A stretch of 64,000 bases of DNA from Oligoflexia bacterium (GTDB lineage Bacteria > Bdellovibrionota > UBA1018). Positions 28,488 through 37,958 of the stretch are shown one piece after another (position 1 is the stretch's first letter; the number at the start of each line of letters is the position of its first letter). Location: positions 1 through 64,000 of the forward strand of contig CAVWVI010000003.1 of assembly GCA_963758495.1 (NCBI GenBank), read 5' to 3'. Under the pieces are notes generated by a model that saw only the letters and a program-made list of their open reading frames with translations, was not told where the DNA came from and ran no database searches. The position numbers and the translations under genes are program-made.

Positions 28488-29246
28488 ATGCAAACTTTTT
28501 GGAAACCCTTTCTTCAACCTCGACCTCGAATAAAACGCCTTAAACAAATCATTGGTGAAGCGAATTATCTTGCAGGCAGACATTCTCGCTTCAATGAATT
28601 GACGAGAATCTTAAGAATTTCTATCGAATTTTTAAGAGGAATGAGAAAACTCCATAGAATTGGCCCTTCAATAACGGTCTTCGGTTCAGCTCGATTTAAA
28701 GAAGGCCATCGCTATTACACCCTCGGGCGCACAGTCGGTGCTGCTCTCGCTCAGGCAGGATTTACTGTCATGACAGGGGGTGGTCCTGGGATCATGGAAG
28801 CCGCCAGCCGAGGAGGAAAGGAGGCTGGAGGAATCAGTGTGGGGTGCAATATTCTACTGCCACACGAGCAAAGCCCAAATCCTTATTTAGACCATGTCGT
28901 GACTTTTTACTATTTTTTCGTACGTAAAGTCATGTTGATTAAATATTCATACGCTTTCATCATTTTACCTGGGGGATTCGGGACTCTGGATGAGATGACA
29001 GAAGCAATCACATTAATTCAAACTGGAAAACTCTACGACTTTCCGGTTATTTTGATGGGAAGTGACTACTGGAAGGGCTACTACGAATGGATCAAAGATG
29101 TTGTCGTCAAGCAAGGTGCAGCTGACGTAGAAGATTTGAGCTTCATTCATATAACGGATGATCCTCATGAAGCAGTTCGAATCATTAATACCACAATTCA
29201 GGGTTTGGGTTTGTCACTTCGACCCATAAAATCCACGGTGGATTAA
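28488..29246 (+). CDS. LOG family (TIGR00730-like) nucleotide phosphoribohydrolase
   Basis: VFGSAR, TGGGPGIMEA, FFVRK, PGGFGTLDE. Confidence 0.93.
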   Translation: MQTFWKPFLQPRPRIKRLKQIIGEANYLAGRHSRFNELTRILRISIEFLRGMRKLHRIGPSITVFGSARFKEGHRYYTLGRTVGAALAQAGFTVMTGGGPGIMEAASRGGKEAGGISVGCNILLPHEQSPNPYLDHVVTFYYFFVRKVMLIKYSYAFIILPGGFGTLDEMTEAITLIQTGKLYDFPVILMGSDYWKGYYEWIKDVVVKQGAADVEDLSFIHITDDPHEAVRIINTTIQGLGLSLRPIKSTVD

Positions 29247-29334
29247 AAAATTCGCTCATTTATCGGAGATTTTCAGAAAAACTGGTTGCAGTGTTTTCAA
29301 AAGGACCCTAAAACAATTTAAGGAGATTCTTTTT

Positions 29335-29688
29335 ATGGCAAAGAAAAAAACAAAATATTCGTTCATTAATGAAGTCTATGAAAGCATTCTGCAACACGCA
29401 GAAGTCAGTCGCAAAGGACAAGTCCGAATCAAAAGATCTGACCTTAAAAACTGCATTGAAACTGCTTTTACCCATGGCGCTAAAGCTGCTGCCGCAGGTG
29501 AACGCGTGCGCTTTCCAGTCATCGGCGCACTCGTTCGTAAGGAAGTAAAAGCTCGTAAAGCAGGAAAAGGCACCAATCCATTTACAGGCGCACCCATGGA
29601 CATTAAAGCGCGTCCAGCAACGAAAAAACCTCGTTGGTCATTTCCTCGATCCCTAAAAGATACTTTCGCTAACAAGCGCAATTGGTAA
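29335..29688 (+). CDS. HU/IHF family DNA-binding protein (divergent)
   Basis: GERVRFPVIG, KARKAGKGTNPFTG, IKAR....KP. Confidence 0.85.
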   Translation: MAKKKTKYSFINEVYESILQHAEVSRKGQVRIKRSDLKNCIETAFTHGAKAAAAGERVRFPVIGALVRKEVKARKAGKGTNPFTGAPMDIKARPATKKPRWSFPRSLKDTFANKRNW

Positions 29689-29704
29689 TTTTATAGAATG
29701 AACC

Positions 29705-29765
29705 GCCACGCTACCTCAGTAAATCCATTCTGATTGATCTGATTCAAAGGAGCGTGGCTTTTTTT
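29705..29765 (+). terminator. Probable intrinsic terminator
   Basis: GCCACGCT...AGCGTGGC followed by T7. Confidence 0.55.
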
Positions 29766-29779
29766 AATGTGGAGTGTTT

Positions 29780-30766
29780 ATGAAGCTCGTGACCTATCTA
29801 AATGACAAAAATCTTGAGTGTGTGGGAATCGTAGACAATGATACAATCATTGACTTATCGGAAGCCCTTCATTGGCTTGAAGGTGGGGGTCCAACATTTC
29901 CTCAAGCAGATATGCTCAGAGTCATTCGTGAACAGTCTTATTTTTTACCGGCAATTCGCCGTATTTTAGCTGCAAACCAGGAGCAGAAACTCCCTCATTC
30001 TTGTATTCGACAAGAAAGTAAAGTTTCATTACTTTCTCCCATTCCTCGCCCCCTCTCTATGAGAGACGGATATGCCTTTAGGCAACATGTCGAAGCAGCT
30101 CGAAGGAACCGTGGCGTTCCCATGATCCCAGAATTTGACCAGTTTCCTATTTTTTACTTTACTAATCATTTAGCGGTCACTGGACCTGGTGATGTTTCTG
30201 TTCAAAAGCTTGCCCTAGATAAGCTCGACTTTGAATTAGAAGTTGCAATTGTAATTGGCAAAGAATGTCGCAATGTCCCTGCTTCGCAAGCAGATGATTA
30301 CATATTCGGCTTTATGATTATGAACGACTGGTCAGCTCGTACCCTTCAAATGGAGGAAATGAAACTTAATTTAGGACCTGCAAAAGGGAAAGATTTTGCA
30401 ACCTCACTCGGCCCTTATCTTGTTACCCGCGACCAGCTAGAAAGTGTCCGAATTGCTGGCCCTCATGGCGAAAAACATGACTTAAAAATGAAAGCTTTCG
30501 TAAATGGCAAGCAACTCTCAGAGGGGAACATGAAAGATATCAGCTGGACTTTTGCGCAAATTATCGAGCGCGCAAGTTATGGAGTCACCCTCTATCCCGG
30601 TGAAGTCATCGGCTCAGGAACAGTTGGAACAGGTTGTCTCTTAGAACTGAATGGATCCAAAATAACGGATAACCTCTGGTTAAAGGCCGGTGATCAAGTA
30701 GTGATGGAAGTTGAAAAACTCGGACGACTCGAGAATAAAGTGGTTGCTGCCGCGGAAAACCGATGA
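29780..30766 (+). CDS. Fumarylacetoacetate hydrolase family protein
   Basis: RDGYAFRQH, LDFELE, MNDWSAR, KGKDFATSLGP, GSGTVG; adjacent to maiA. Confidence 0.92.
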   Translation: MKLVTYLNDKNLECVGIVDNDTIIDLSEALHWLEGGGPTFPQADMLRVIREQSYFLPAIRRILAANQEQKLPHSCIRQESKVSLLSPIPRPLSMRDGYAFRQHVEAARRNRGVPMIPEFDQFPIFYFTNHLAVTGPGDVSVQKLALDKLDFELEVAIVIGKECRNVPASQADDYIFGFMIMNDWSARTLQMEEMKLNLGPAKGKDFATSLGPYLVTRDQLESVRIAGPHGEKHDLKMKAFVNGKQLSEGNMKDISWTFAQIIERASYGVTLYPGEVIGSGTVGTGCLLELNGSKITDNLWLKAGDQVVMEVEKLGRLENKVVAAAENR

Positions 30767-31398
30767 AATTACGACTTTATCATTATTGGAGATCCTCCAG
30801 TAGCTGGAGAGTTCGATGGGCTTTAGCGATCAAGAACGTTTCTTGTGAGTATGTGCCCATCAATCTCCTCTCCGATGAACCCGAGAGTGTCGAGCATAGA
30901 AAGAGAAATCCTTTAGGGTTTGTACCCGTTTTAGAGATTTTAGATGAAAATCCGCACTTTCGACATATCAGCGAGTCAGTTGCTCTTATTGAATGGCTCG
31001 AAGAAACTTACCCCACTCCTTCTCTCTTTTCAGGCGACTCTTTTCAACGCGCCCGAATCAGACAATTGTCCGAAATCATCAACTCAGGAACTCAACCCTT
31101 GCAAAATCCCAATGTTGCCCAATTCCACTCCTCTGACTCAGAGGAACAAAAAAAATGGAATCAGCATTGGATTCGAAAGGGAATGCAAGCCTACGAAATA
31201 CTCGTTCAAGAAACGGCAGGGAAGTTTTCGGTTGGCAACACGATCACCATGGCCGACCTTTTCTTAATTCCACAATGTTATAATGCAGCAAGATTTGACG
31301 TAAAAGTGAGTGAATTTCCTACCTTAGAAAAGATTTATACTGAAGCACTCACTACTGAGAGTTGTCAGGCTTCTGCGCCAGAGAAGTTTAAGCCATAA
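30763..31398 (+). CDS. maiA: Maleylacetoacetate isomerase (zeta-class GST)
   Basis: YWRSSSSWRVR, NPLGFVP, SGTQPLQN, ADLFLIPQCYNA. Confidence 0.92.
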   Translation: MKLRLYHYWRSSSSWRVRWALAIKNVSCEYVPINLLSDEPESVEHRKRNPLGFVPVLEILDENPHFRHISESVALIEWLEETYPTPSLFSGDSFQRARIRQLSEIINSGTQPLQNPNVAQFHSSDSEEQKKWNQHWIRKGMQAYEILVQETAGKFSVGNTITMADLFLIPQCYNAARFDVKVSEFPTLEKIYTEALTTESCQASAPEKFKP

Positions 31399-31517
31399 TA
31401 GAATCTTGATCTTTTACTAGAAACTACAGCAACAAGCTCTAGTGTAGACGCTTTTTGTAGAATCTGTCATCTGTTTAAAGAACTCCGCCCACTGTCAGTG
31501 AATACTACAGCTTTCCT

Positions 31518-31546
31518 TTGTCAAGAGACGGTAAATTCTTTATAAT
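31518..31546 (+). promoter_or_regulatory. Sigma-70 promoter of aro operon
   Basis: TTGTCA-N17-TATAAT. Confidence 0.65.
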
Positions 31547-31585
31547 AATGAAAACCATCTCAACGGAAAGTCGACACCCAATATC

Positions 31586-32866
31586 ATGGATTACAGAATT
31601 CATCCGACTCGAAAATTTTCAGGAAAAGTGATCGTCCCAGGCGATAAGTCTATTTCCCATCGAGCCTTGATTTTGGGTGCAATCTCAAACGGAAAAACTG
31701 AAATCAGCCATCTTCTAGAGAGTGATGATGTCTGCTCAACACAAGGCTGCCTAGAAAAATTGGGTGTGCAATTCTATAAAGACAGTAACAAACTCATTGT
31801 TGAAGGAGTGGGAATTCACGGCCTTCAGGAATATTCTGGAATTTTAAACAGTGGCAATTCTGGAACCACTCTCCGAACCCTCATGGGATTATTAGCAGGC
31901 CAAAGGTTTTCTACTCAAATCACTGGAGATTCGTCACTCTGCAGCAGACCTATGCGCCGAGTGGCAGACCCGCTTCGTCAAATGGGAGCCCAAATTCAGC
32001 TAGAAAATGGCGATTTTGCACCCATGCGAATTGAAGGAAGACCCCTTCATGGAAGTCACCACTTCCTTAAAATAGCAAGCGCTCAAATCAAAACTGCCTT
32101 GCTTTTAGCTGGACTGTGTGCAGAGGGAGAGACCCAGCTCACAGGTTTGATTTCAAGTCGCGATCATACCGAAAGAATGCTCCCTCACTTTGGGGCTAGC
32201 ATTCAGTGTGATCCTAATCAGATTGTCATTCGAGGCGGACAAAGTCTTCACGGCACCTCGATCCAAATACCAGGCGATCCCTCGTCTGCTGCTTTTCTAA
32301 TGGCAGCCGCCTGCCTCGTCGGAAAGGGTATCGTGGAAATTGAAAATCTATCACTCAATCCAACGAGAACAGGGTTTTTTCGTATTCTGGAAAGAATGGG
32401 AGCAACCCTGGAACAATTCGTTCTTTCAAAAAAGCCAGAACCTATCGGTACAGTCAGGGTTCAAGCCAAAGAATTACAGGCAGTTCAAGTATCTTCAGAG
32501 GAAATACCTTCCCTGATTGATGAAATACCCCTCATCGCTCTACTGGCGTCTCAAGCCAAAGGACAAACGATCGTTTCTGGTGCGAAAGAACTCAGAGTAA
32601 AGGAAACCGACAGAATTGAAGCCATCGCGAAAAACCTGAGACGAATGGGTGTCACTCTTGAAACTTTTGAAGATGGTTTTTCCATTCAAGGTCCACAAAA
32701 ACTAATTGGAACTCAGCTGAATTCATATCAAGATCATAGAATTGCTATGGCATTCTCTGTCGCGGGCTTAGTTGCAGAAGGAGTCACAGAAATCCAAGAC
32801 GCCGAATGCGTAGCCATTTCATTCCCCAACTTTTTTAATATTTTAAACAGGTTAGCATATGAATAA
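31586..32866 (+). CDS. aroA: EPSP synthase
   Basis: PGDKSISHR, GNSGTT, SAQIK, RDHTERM, ELRVKETDRI, DHRIAM. Confidence 0.97.
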   Translation: MDYRIHPTRKFSGKVIVPGDKSISHRALILGAISNGKTEISHLLESDDVCSTQGCLEKLGVQFYKDSNKLIVEGVGIHGLQEYSGILNSGNSGTTLRTLMGLLAGQRFSTQITGDSSLCSRPMRRVADPLRQMGAQIQLENGDFAPMRIEGRPLHGSHHFLKIASAQIKTALLLAGLCAEGETQLTGLISSRDHTERMLPHFGASIQCDPNQIVIRGGQSLHGTSIQIPGDPSSAAFLMAAACLVGKGIVEIENLSLNPTRTGFFRILERMGATLEQFVLSKKPEPIGTVRVQAKELQAVQVSSEEIPSLIDEIPLIALLASQAKGQTIVSGAKELRVKETDRIEAIAKNLRRMGVTLETFEDGFSIQGPQKLIGTQLNSYQDHRIAMAFSVAGLVAEGVTEIQDAECVAISFPNFFNILNRLAYE

Positions 32867-33734
32867 TGTAAATGTTTCGACCCCCTTAGCCGCACTCATT
32901 GGCTATCCAGTTCAGCATTCACTTTCGCCTGCCATTTATTCATTTATTGCTCAAATGAATCAGACGAAACTCTTTTATAAAGCCTGGGAAGTCGCACCCA
33001 CTGAACTGAATCAAACCATGAATGCCATCAAAAACTTGCCCTTCATTGGTTTTAACGTCACGATTCCCAACAAGGAATTGATGCACCCCTTTATGAGTTG
33101 GGTCACCCAAGAAGCTCAAGTTTGTGAATCTATCAACGTAGTTGAATATCGGAATGGTTCATTAATAGGCCATAATACTGACGTATATGGAGTGATTCAA
33201 ACTTTAAAAGAATCAAAGATTAAAGTAAAAGGGGGCTCAGTCCTACTCATAGGTGCGGGAGGAGCTGCAAAAGCGGTGGCTTATGCAGTCGCTCTATTAG
33301 GTGCTCAGTCCGTATGGGTCCAAAACCGGAATCTCGATCGTGCAGAAAAGTTGTGCACTCAACTCAAAAAACACTTTGAACAAACTGATTTTCATGCCGT
33401 CGAGAAAAATGAAGATATTCCAAAAAACATTCAGCTCTATGTGAATGCAACTCCTTTAGGTATGAAAGGTTTTCCAAAATCGGAATTCTTTAAGATGATC
33501 CCTATCAATAAAAAGGCGTGGGCATTTGATCTTATTTATAATCCAGAAAAAACTGATTTTATCCTACAAGCCACTCAGTTAGGCTTAAAAACTTTGGGTG
33601 GTCTTGATATGCTCATCTGGCAAGCGATCGCTACCTGGGAAATTTGGTTTGGGCCGGTATCTTCGAAAACCGAACTCAGCAATGCCTTAAAGCAGCACCT
33701 CAAAAATCATCTAAAAAAGAAAGCCTCTCGATAA
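32859..33734 (+). CDS. aroE: Shikimate dehydrogenase
   Basis: HSLSP, NVTIPNK, NTD, GAGGAA, NATPLG, DLIYNP. Confidence 0.95.
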   Translation: MNNVNVSTPLAALIGYPVQHSLSPAIYSFIAQMNQTKLFYKAWEVAPTELNQTMNAIKNLPFIGFNVTIPNKELMHPFMSWVTQEAQVCESINVVEYRNGSLIGHNTDVYGVIQTLKESKIKVKGGSVLLIGAGGAAKAVAYAVALLGAQSVWVQNRNLDRAEKLCTQLKKHFEQTDFHAVEKNEDIPKNIQLYVNATPLGMKGFPKSEFFKMIPINKKAWAFDLIYNPEKTDFILQATQLGLKTLGGLDMLIWQAIATWEIWFGPVSSKTELSNALKQHLKNHLKKKASR

Positions 33735-34936
33735 TGCGACTTCGTTTCCTCACAGCCGGAGAATCTCACGGAAAAGCCTTAGTGGGAATTCTAGAAGGCA
33801 TCCCTTCGGGGCTATCCATTACATCAGAATATATCCACCAACAACTCAAACGGAGAAAGTTAGGTTACGGCCGCGGCGCACGCCAAAAGATGGAAGAGGA
33901 CTCAGTTCAGATATTAAGTGGAGTCAGACATGGATTTACATTAGGAAGTCCAATAGCACTGATCATTGAAAATGCGGATTGGAAAAACTGGCAAGACGTC
34001 ATGCAAGTCGAGCCCTTTCACAAAGAGACTGGCGAAGAAACTGGCGGAGAAAGGCGGAGAACTCGGCGAAAACTCGAAGTTCCTCGCCCCGGGCACGCAG
34101 ACTACGTGGGTGGAATTAAATATCAACATGAAGATATGCGCAACGTCCTCGAACGCGCCAGCGCACGCGAGACCACGATGCGTGTCGCATTAGGATCTAT
34201 TACAAGGAAGTTTTTAGAAGAACTCGAAATCCATATTGGAAGTAGAGTGATTCAAATCGGACCCGTTTCAGATCCAGGCTCTCTGGAAATTCCAGTACGG
34301 TCGCTGAATGAGCGAGCAGATCAGTCCCCCCTTCGATGCTTATCCTCAAACATTGAAACAGAAATGTGTAAAGAAGTAGATTCAGCAAAAAAGCGAGGGG
34401 ATACCCTAGGCGGCATCTTCGAAGTCTATGCTGCTCATACTCCAATAGGACTTGGAAGTTACGTTCATTGGGATCGACGGATTGAAGGGCAAATCTCTCA
34501 AGCCATCCTCAGTCTGAATGCCATTAAAGGGGTCGAAATTGGATTAGGTTTTGAATCGGGAAAAATTTACGGCTCCCAAGCTCATGACGAATACCTGCCC
34601 ACTCATGCAAAAAATCGAGTCTCTTACCGCACCAATCGCTCCGGTGGAATTGATGGCGGAATGACAACGGGTCAAACTATTTTAGTTCGAGCTGCCATGA
34701 AACCTCTCTCTACCCTAATGAACCCCCTTTCTTCGGTCAAGCTCAGTACCGGTGAAGTAGAATCAGCCCACGTAGAACGTTCCGATGTGTGCGCAGTGCC
34801 TTCAGCCGCAGTGATCAGTGAATCCCTTTTAGCTAACGTATTGGCAGATGCCCTATTGGAAAAATTGGGGGGTGATTCCATGAATGAAATCATCCCCAGA
34901 CTCAAGCACTGGCGACAGTACTCGAATGCCGAATAA
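33734..34936 (+). CDS. aroC: Chorismate synthase
   Basis: TAGESHG, RPGHAD, ERASARET, ERSDVCAVP; ATG 33734 overlaps the aroE stop. Confidence 0.97.
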   Translation: MRLRFLTAGESHGKALVGILEGIPSGLSITSEYIHQQLKRRKLGYGRGARQKMEEDSVQILSGVRHGFTLGSPIALIIENADWKNWQDVMQVEPFHKETGEETGGERRRTRRKLEVPRPGHADYVGGIKYQHEDMRNVLERASARETTMRVALGSITRKFLEELEIHIGSRVIQIGPVSDPGSLEIPVRSLNERADQSPLRCLSSNIETEMCKEVDSAKKRGDTLGGIFEVYAAHTPIGLGSYVHWDRRIEGQISQAILSLNAIKGVEIGLGFESGKIYGSQAHDEYLPTHAKNRVSYRTNRSGGIDGGMTTGQTILVRAAMKPLSTLMNPLSSVKLSTGEVESAHVERSDVCAVPSAAVISESLLANVLADALLEKLGGDSMNEIIPRLKHWRQYSNAE

Positions 34937-35447
34937 CCTCTACCTAGTGGGCTTTATGGGCTCCGGGAAAACCACGGTAGGCAAACTACTCGCTCGGAAG
35001 TTGAAATGGCCCTTCCTAGATACTGACCAGGAGATTGAAAAATGCTTAAAGCTCTCCATCACTCAAATATTTGAAAAATATGGAGCAGAGCGCTTTCGCG
35101 CTGAAGAAAAAAAGGAACTCAAAAAATTAATAAGAAAGAGTAACCACGTCATTTCTCTGGGAGGCGGAAGCCTTATTAATAAGGAAAACTTAACACTCAC
35201 TCAATCCAATGGAGTTTTAGTTTATCTTAAAGCTTCAACCCAGACTCTTATCTCAAACTTAAATCATCAAACAAACCAGCGTCCGTTACTAGCAAATTTA
35301 AGTAAAAGACAGCAACTCATTCAAATCAGAAAACTTTTACAAGAACGCAAAACTACCTACGAAAAATGTAGTTATATTATAAAAATAGATAATCTCACCC
35401 CTCTTGATATCGCTCAAAAAATAATAAAAGATCTGATCAATTTATAA
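34926..35447 (+). CDS. aroK: Shikimate kinase
   Basis: GFMGSGKTTVG, DTDQEIE, SLGGG, RPLL. Confidence 0.95.
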   Translation: MPNNLYLVGFMGSGKTTVGKLLARKLKWPFLDTDQEIEKCLKLSITQIFEKYGAERFRAEEKKELKKLIRKSNHVISLGGGSLINKENLTLTQSNGVLVYLKASTQTLISNLNHQTNQRPLLANLSKRQQLIQIRKLLQERKTTYEKCSYIIKIDNLTPLDIAQKIIKDLINL

Positions 35448-35816
35448 AAAGACTCTATAATCTGTCTTAAATACTACCGCGAAACGCTTTGCCAACGTCT
35501 TGCCCACGGTTCTTTTTCCATTTTCAATCTGAGATAACTCTGCCTGCCGGATCGAGATCTTCTTTGCTAACTCTACTTGAGAAAGTTCATCTCGAACACG
35601 ATAACCGCGAATGATCGTCCCAACCTTTCCATATCTTGCATGAAGCTCCTTAAAGACTTCATCAGCTGGAACAGTTTCTTCTGTTTCGTACTCTCGGAGT
35701 AACGCCGCTACATTTTCGGCCTTATCTTTAGGCACAAGAAACAGTCGTTTGCGTTTTCCTTCAAACATAATTTTAACACTATTTTCAATAGGGCGCGTTT
35801 TCATGGGTTCCGACAT
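35442..35816 (-). CDS. XRE-HTH antitoxin (HigA-like)
   Basis: C-terminal LSQVELAKKISIRQAELSQIENGKR HTH; downstream of and overlapping the toxin. Confidence 0.8.
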   Translation of the reverse strand: MSEPMKTRPIENSVKIMFEGKRKRLFLVPKDKAENVAALLREYETEETVPADEVFKELHARYGKVGTIIRGYRVRDELSQVELAKKISIRQAELSQIENGKRTVGKTLAKRFAVVFKTDYRVFL

Positions 35817-36069
35817 AGTACACCTCCAAAACTTGAATTTTTCCTGCTACTTCTAGCCAACAAGCAACATAAGTAGGACGACCCTTTTTTATATGGCAAT
35901 GGTGATGCCCAAGCTTGCCCTTTAATTTACTATAATTATGCCACCCTGGTTGCATAGCTCCAAGAACGACGAGATCACGATACAAAGCAGCCATAGCTAA
36001 TTGGACTGTTTGAGGAAGCTTCTTGAGCTGCTTATCGGCTTTTTTGGTAAACTCGACTTTCCAAGCCAT
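35785..36069 (-). CDS. RelE/HigB-family toxin
   Basis: WKVEFTKKADKQLKKLP...YSKLKG...HCH...EVYYVGTHENAPY; ATG 36069 preferred. Confidence 0.8.
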   Translation of the reverse strand: MAWKVEFTKKADKQLKKLPQTVQLAMAALYRDLVVLGAMQPGWHNYSKLKGKLGHHHCHIKKGRPTYVACWLEVAGKIQVLEVYYVGTHENAPY

Positions 36070-36079
36070 GAAATACAGA

Positions 36080-36100
36080 ATATAGCATTTTTTGCTATAT
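36080..36100. promoter_or_regulatory. Palindromic operator upstream of TA operon
   Basis: ATATAGCA-N5-TGCTATAT just upstream of the toxin ATG. Confidence 0.6.
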
Positions 36101-36399
36101 CGCAATACTTATTTTTATGGTCGCACTCATTTGTATTTTATAGATTTTCTTTCTTTATTTTAAGGATAGTTAAGGACTGCCTCAAGAATCGTTTGATGAT
36201 CCTGTTGGGTCTTGGTTGTTTAATAATAAGTATTCTTTGTTCTTCACTTTGGCCTTATTTAGTTGCAATGCTTCTTGTCGTCTTTTTACCGTTACTTTAT
36301 TCGTATCACTTCTATCGCAAACACGAGACAAAACATCACATTAAGAGTTAAGCTTACCCATACAATAACCACAAATTGATCTCTCTCGAAAATTTTTTC

Positions 36400-36921
36400 T
36401 CATTTGAAAGCTAATCGAAATTTTTTCATTAACCCAGGTGCACGCACGGTACACCAGGCAATTGCACCATATTTAATGCCTCTTCCACCTAAAATAGCCA
36501 AAAATACTTTCCACAAGGGCAAGTGAGCCAACCCGACGACCGCAACAGCGATATGCTGAGGTAATGGACTTAAAGAAATCAGTGCGAGTCCCCATGCCCC
36601 TTCCTTCTGAACCCATCCTACAGCATCTCTCCATTCTTGGGACTTCGTGACACCTGGAAGAATGGCACTCAGGAATAATTCACCGTAAAGAGACGTAAGT
36701 AGAGCAAAAGAAGTGGCCCCGATTGCAGATCCGATGGTCATCCATAATGCAACACGCATCCAATGCTTTTTTCTTGCCATTACTGACGGAATTAAAAGAG
36801 CCTCATTGGGTACCACAAAGATGTATGCATCGAGCCCTGCTAAAGCTCCAATCAAAGGTAAATACCATCTTTTTTCTGCACTAGCATGAACCGTTTTAAA
36901 AAATGAATGAAGTGCCGCCAT
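36400..36921 (-). CDS. YqaA/DedA (VTT domain) membrane protein
   Basis: FVVPNEALL, GSAIGA, LSPLP, GRGIKY. Confidence 0.75.
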   Translation of the reverse strand: MAALHSFFKTVHASAEKRWYLPLIGALAGLDAYIFVVPNEALLIPSVMARKKHWMRVALWMTIGSAIGATSFALLTSLYGELFLSAILPGVTKSQEWRDAVGWVQKEGAWGLALISLSPLPQHIAVAVVGLAHLPLWKVFLAILGGRGIKYGAIAWCTVRAPGLMKKFRLAFK

Positions 36922-37015
36922 GAGTACTTAAATCTCTTTTTTTGCCATCGGTCAATTCCATAACCTAAAATAACGAGCTTGCATGAATCTTGAATAGGCT
37001 GGAAAATGGAAATAT

Positions 37016-37882
37016 ATGACTGAACCTAAGAAAAAAACAGCAACCCTTCGACTGACTTGTCCTGACCGCAAGGGACTCGTGGCCAGCATGTCTAATTTCC
37101 TTTTTAAACATGGTGCGAACATCCTCCATGCTGATCAGCATCAAGATTCTGAAAGTGGCCTTTTCTTGATGCGCATGGAATTTGATCTCCAAACATGGGA
37201 TCTTCAACCTCAATCCTTCCACCAGGCACTTCAAGCGATTACCACACCTTTAAATATGTCCTGGGATCTCGCCTATTCAGACTATAAGCCAAGAGTTGCC
37301 ATCTTTGTTTCTCGATTTGATCATTGCCTCTCTGACCTTCTCTATCGACATCGAATGGAAGAACTTCCTTGTGAGATTCCGTTCGTAATCAGTAATCACT
37401 CTGACACAAAACACTTGGCCGACTTCTATCGGATCCCCTTTCTGACGATTTCCATGGACGCGGAACGAAAAGAGGAAATTGAACAACAGCAACTAGATTT
37501 GCTGAAAACGCATAAAATAGATTTAGTCGTCCTTGCCAGGTACATGCAAATTCTCTCCCCTCATTTTGTGAATACCTACCGAAATCGAATTATCAATATT
37601 CACCATTCATTTCTCCCTGCGTTCCTAGGGGCGAAGCCTTATCATCAAGCCTTCGCCCGGGGTGTCAAGGTCATTGGCGCGACCAGCCACTATGTGACAG
37701 AAGTACTGGATGATGGCCCAATCATTGACCAAGATGTGATGAGGATTTCCCACCGAGATGAGGTGAGTGACTTAGTCCAAAAAGGACGTGATCTGGAAAG
37801 ACTGGTGCTTTCGCGTGCTGTCAAGTGGCACTTGGAAAACCGAGTTATCATTTATGGTAAAAAGACAGTTGTTTTTGACTGA
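37016..37882 (+). CDS. purU: Formyltetrahydrofolate deformylase
   Basis: ACT domain CPDRKGLVA; LARYMQIL, INIHHSFLP, GATSHYVT, LDDGPII. Confidence 0.97.
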   Translation: MTEPKKKTATLRLTCPDRKGLVASMSNFLFKHGANILHADQHQDSESGLFLMRMEFDLQTWDLQPQSFHQALQAITTPLNMSWDLAYSDYKPRVAIFVSRFDHCLSDLLYRHRMEELPCEIPFVISNHSDTKHLADFYRIPFLTISMDAERKEEIEQQQLDLLKTHKIDLVVLARYMQILSPHFVNTYRNRIINIHHSFLPAFLGAKPYHQAFARGVKVIGATSHYVTEVLDDGPIIDQDVMRISHRDEVSDLVQKGRDLERLVLSRAVKWHLENRVIIYGKKTVVFD

Positions 37883-37958
37883 CCAGTCAATAAACTCGGT
37901 AAGTCCTTTTTGTATAATAATTTTCGTTGCGCCTCTCATTTTGTGAAATAATCTCTTC

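Noticed and set aside
36001..36351. 116-aa hydrophobic ORF on the + strand
   Set aside because: It overlaps the toxin antisense and has a weak start; a shorter membrane peptide is possible but unsupported.
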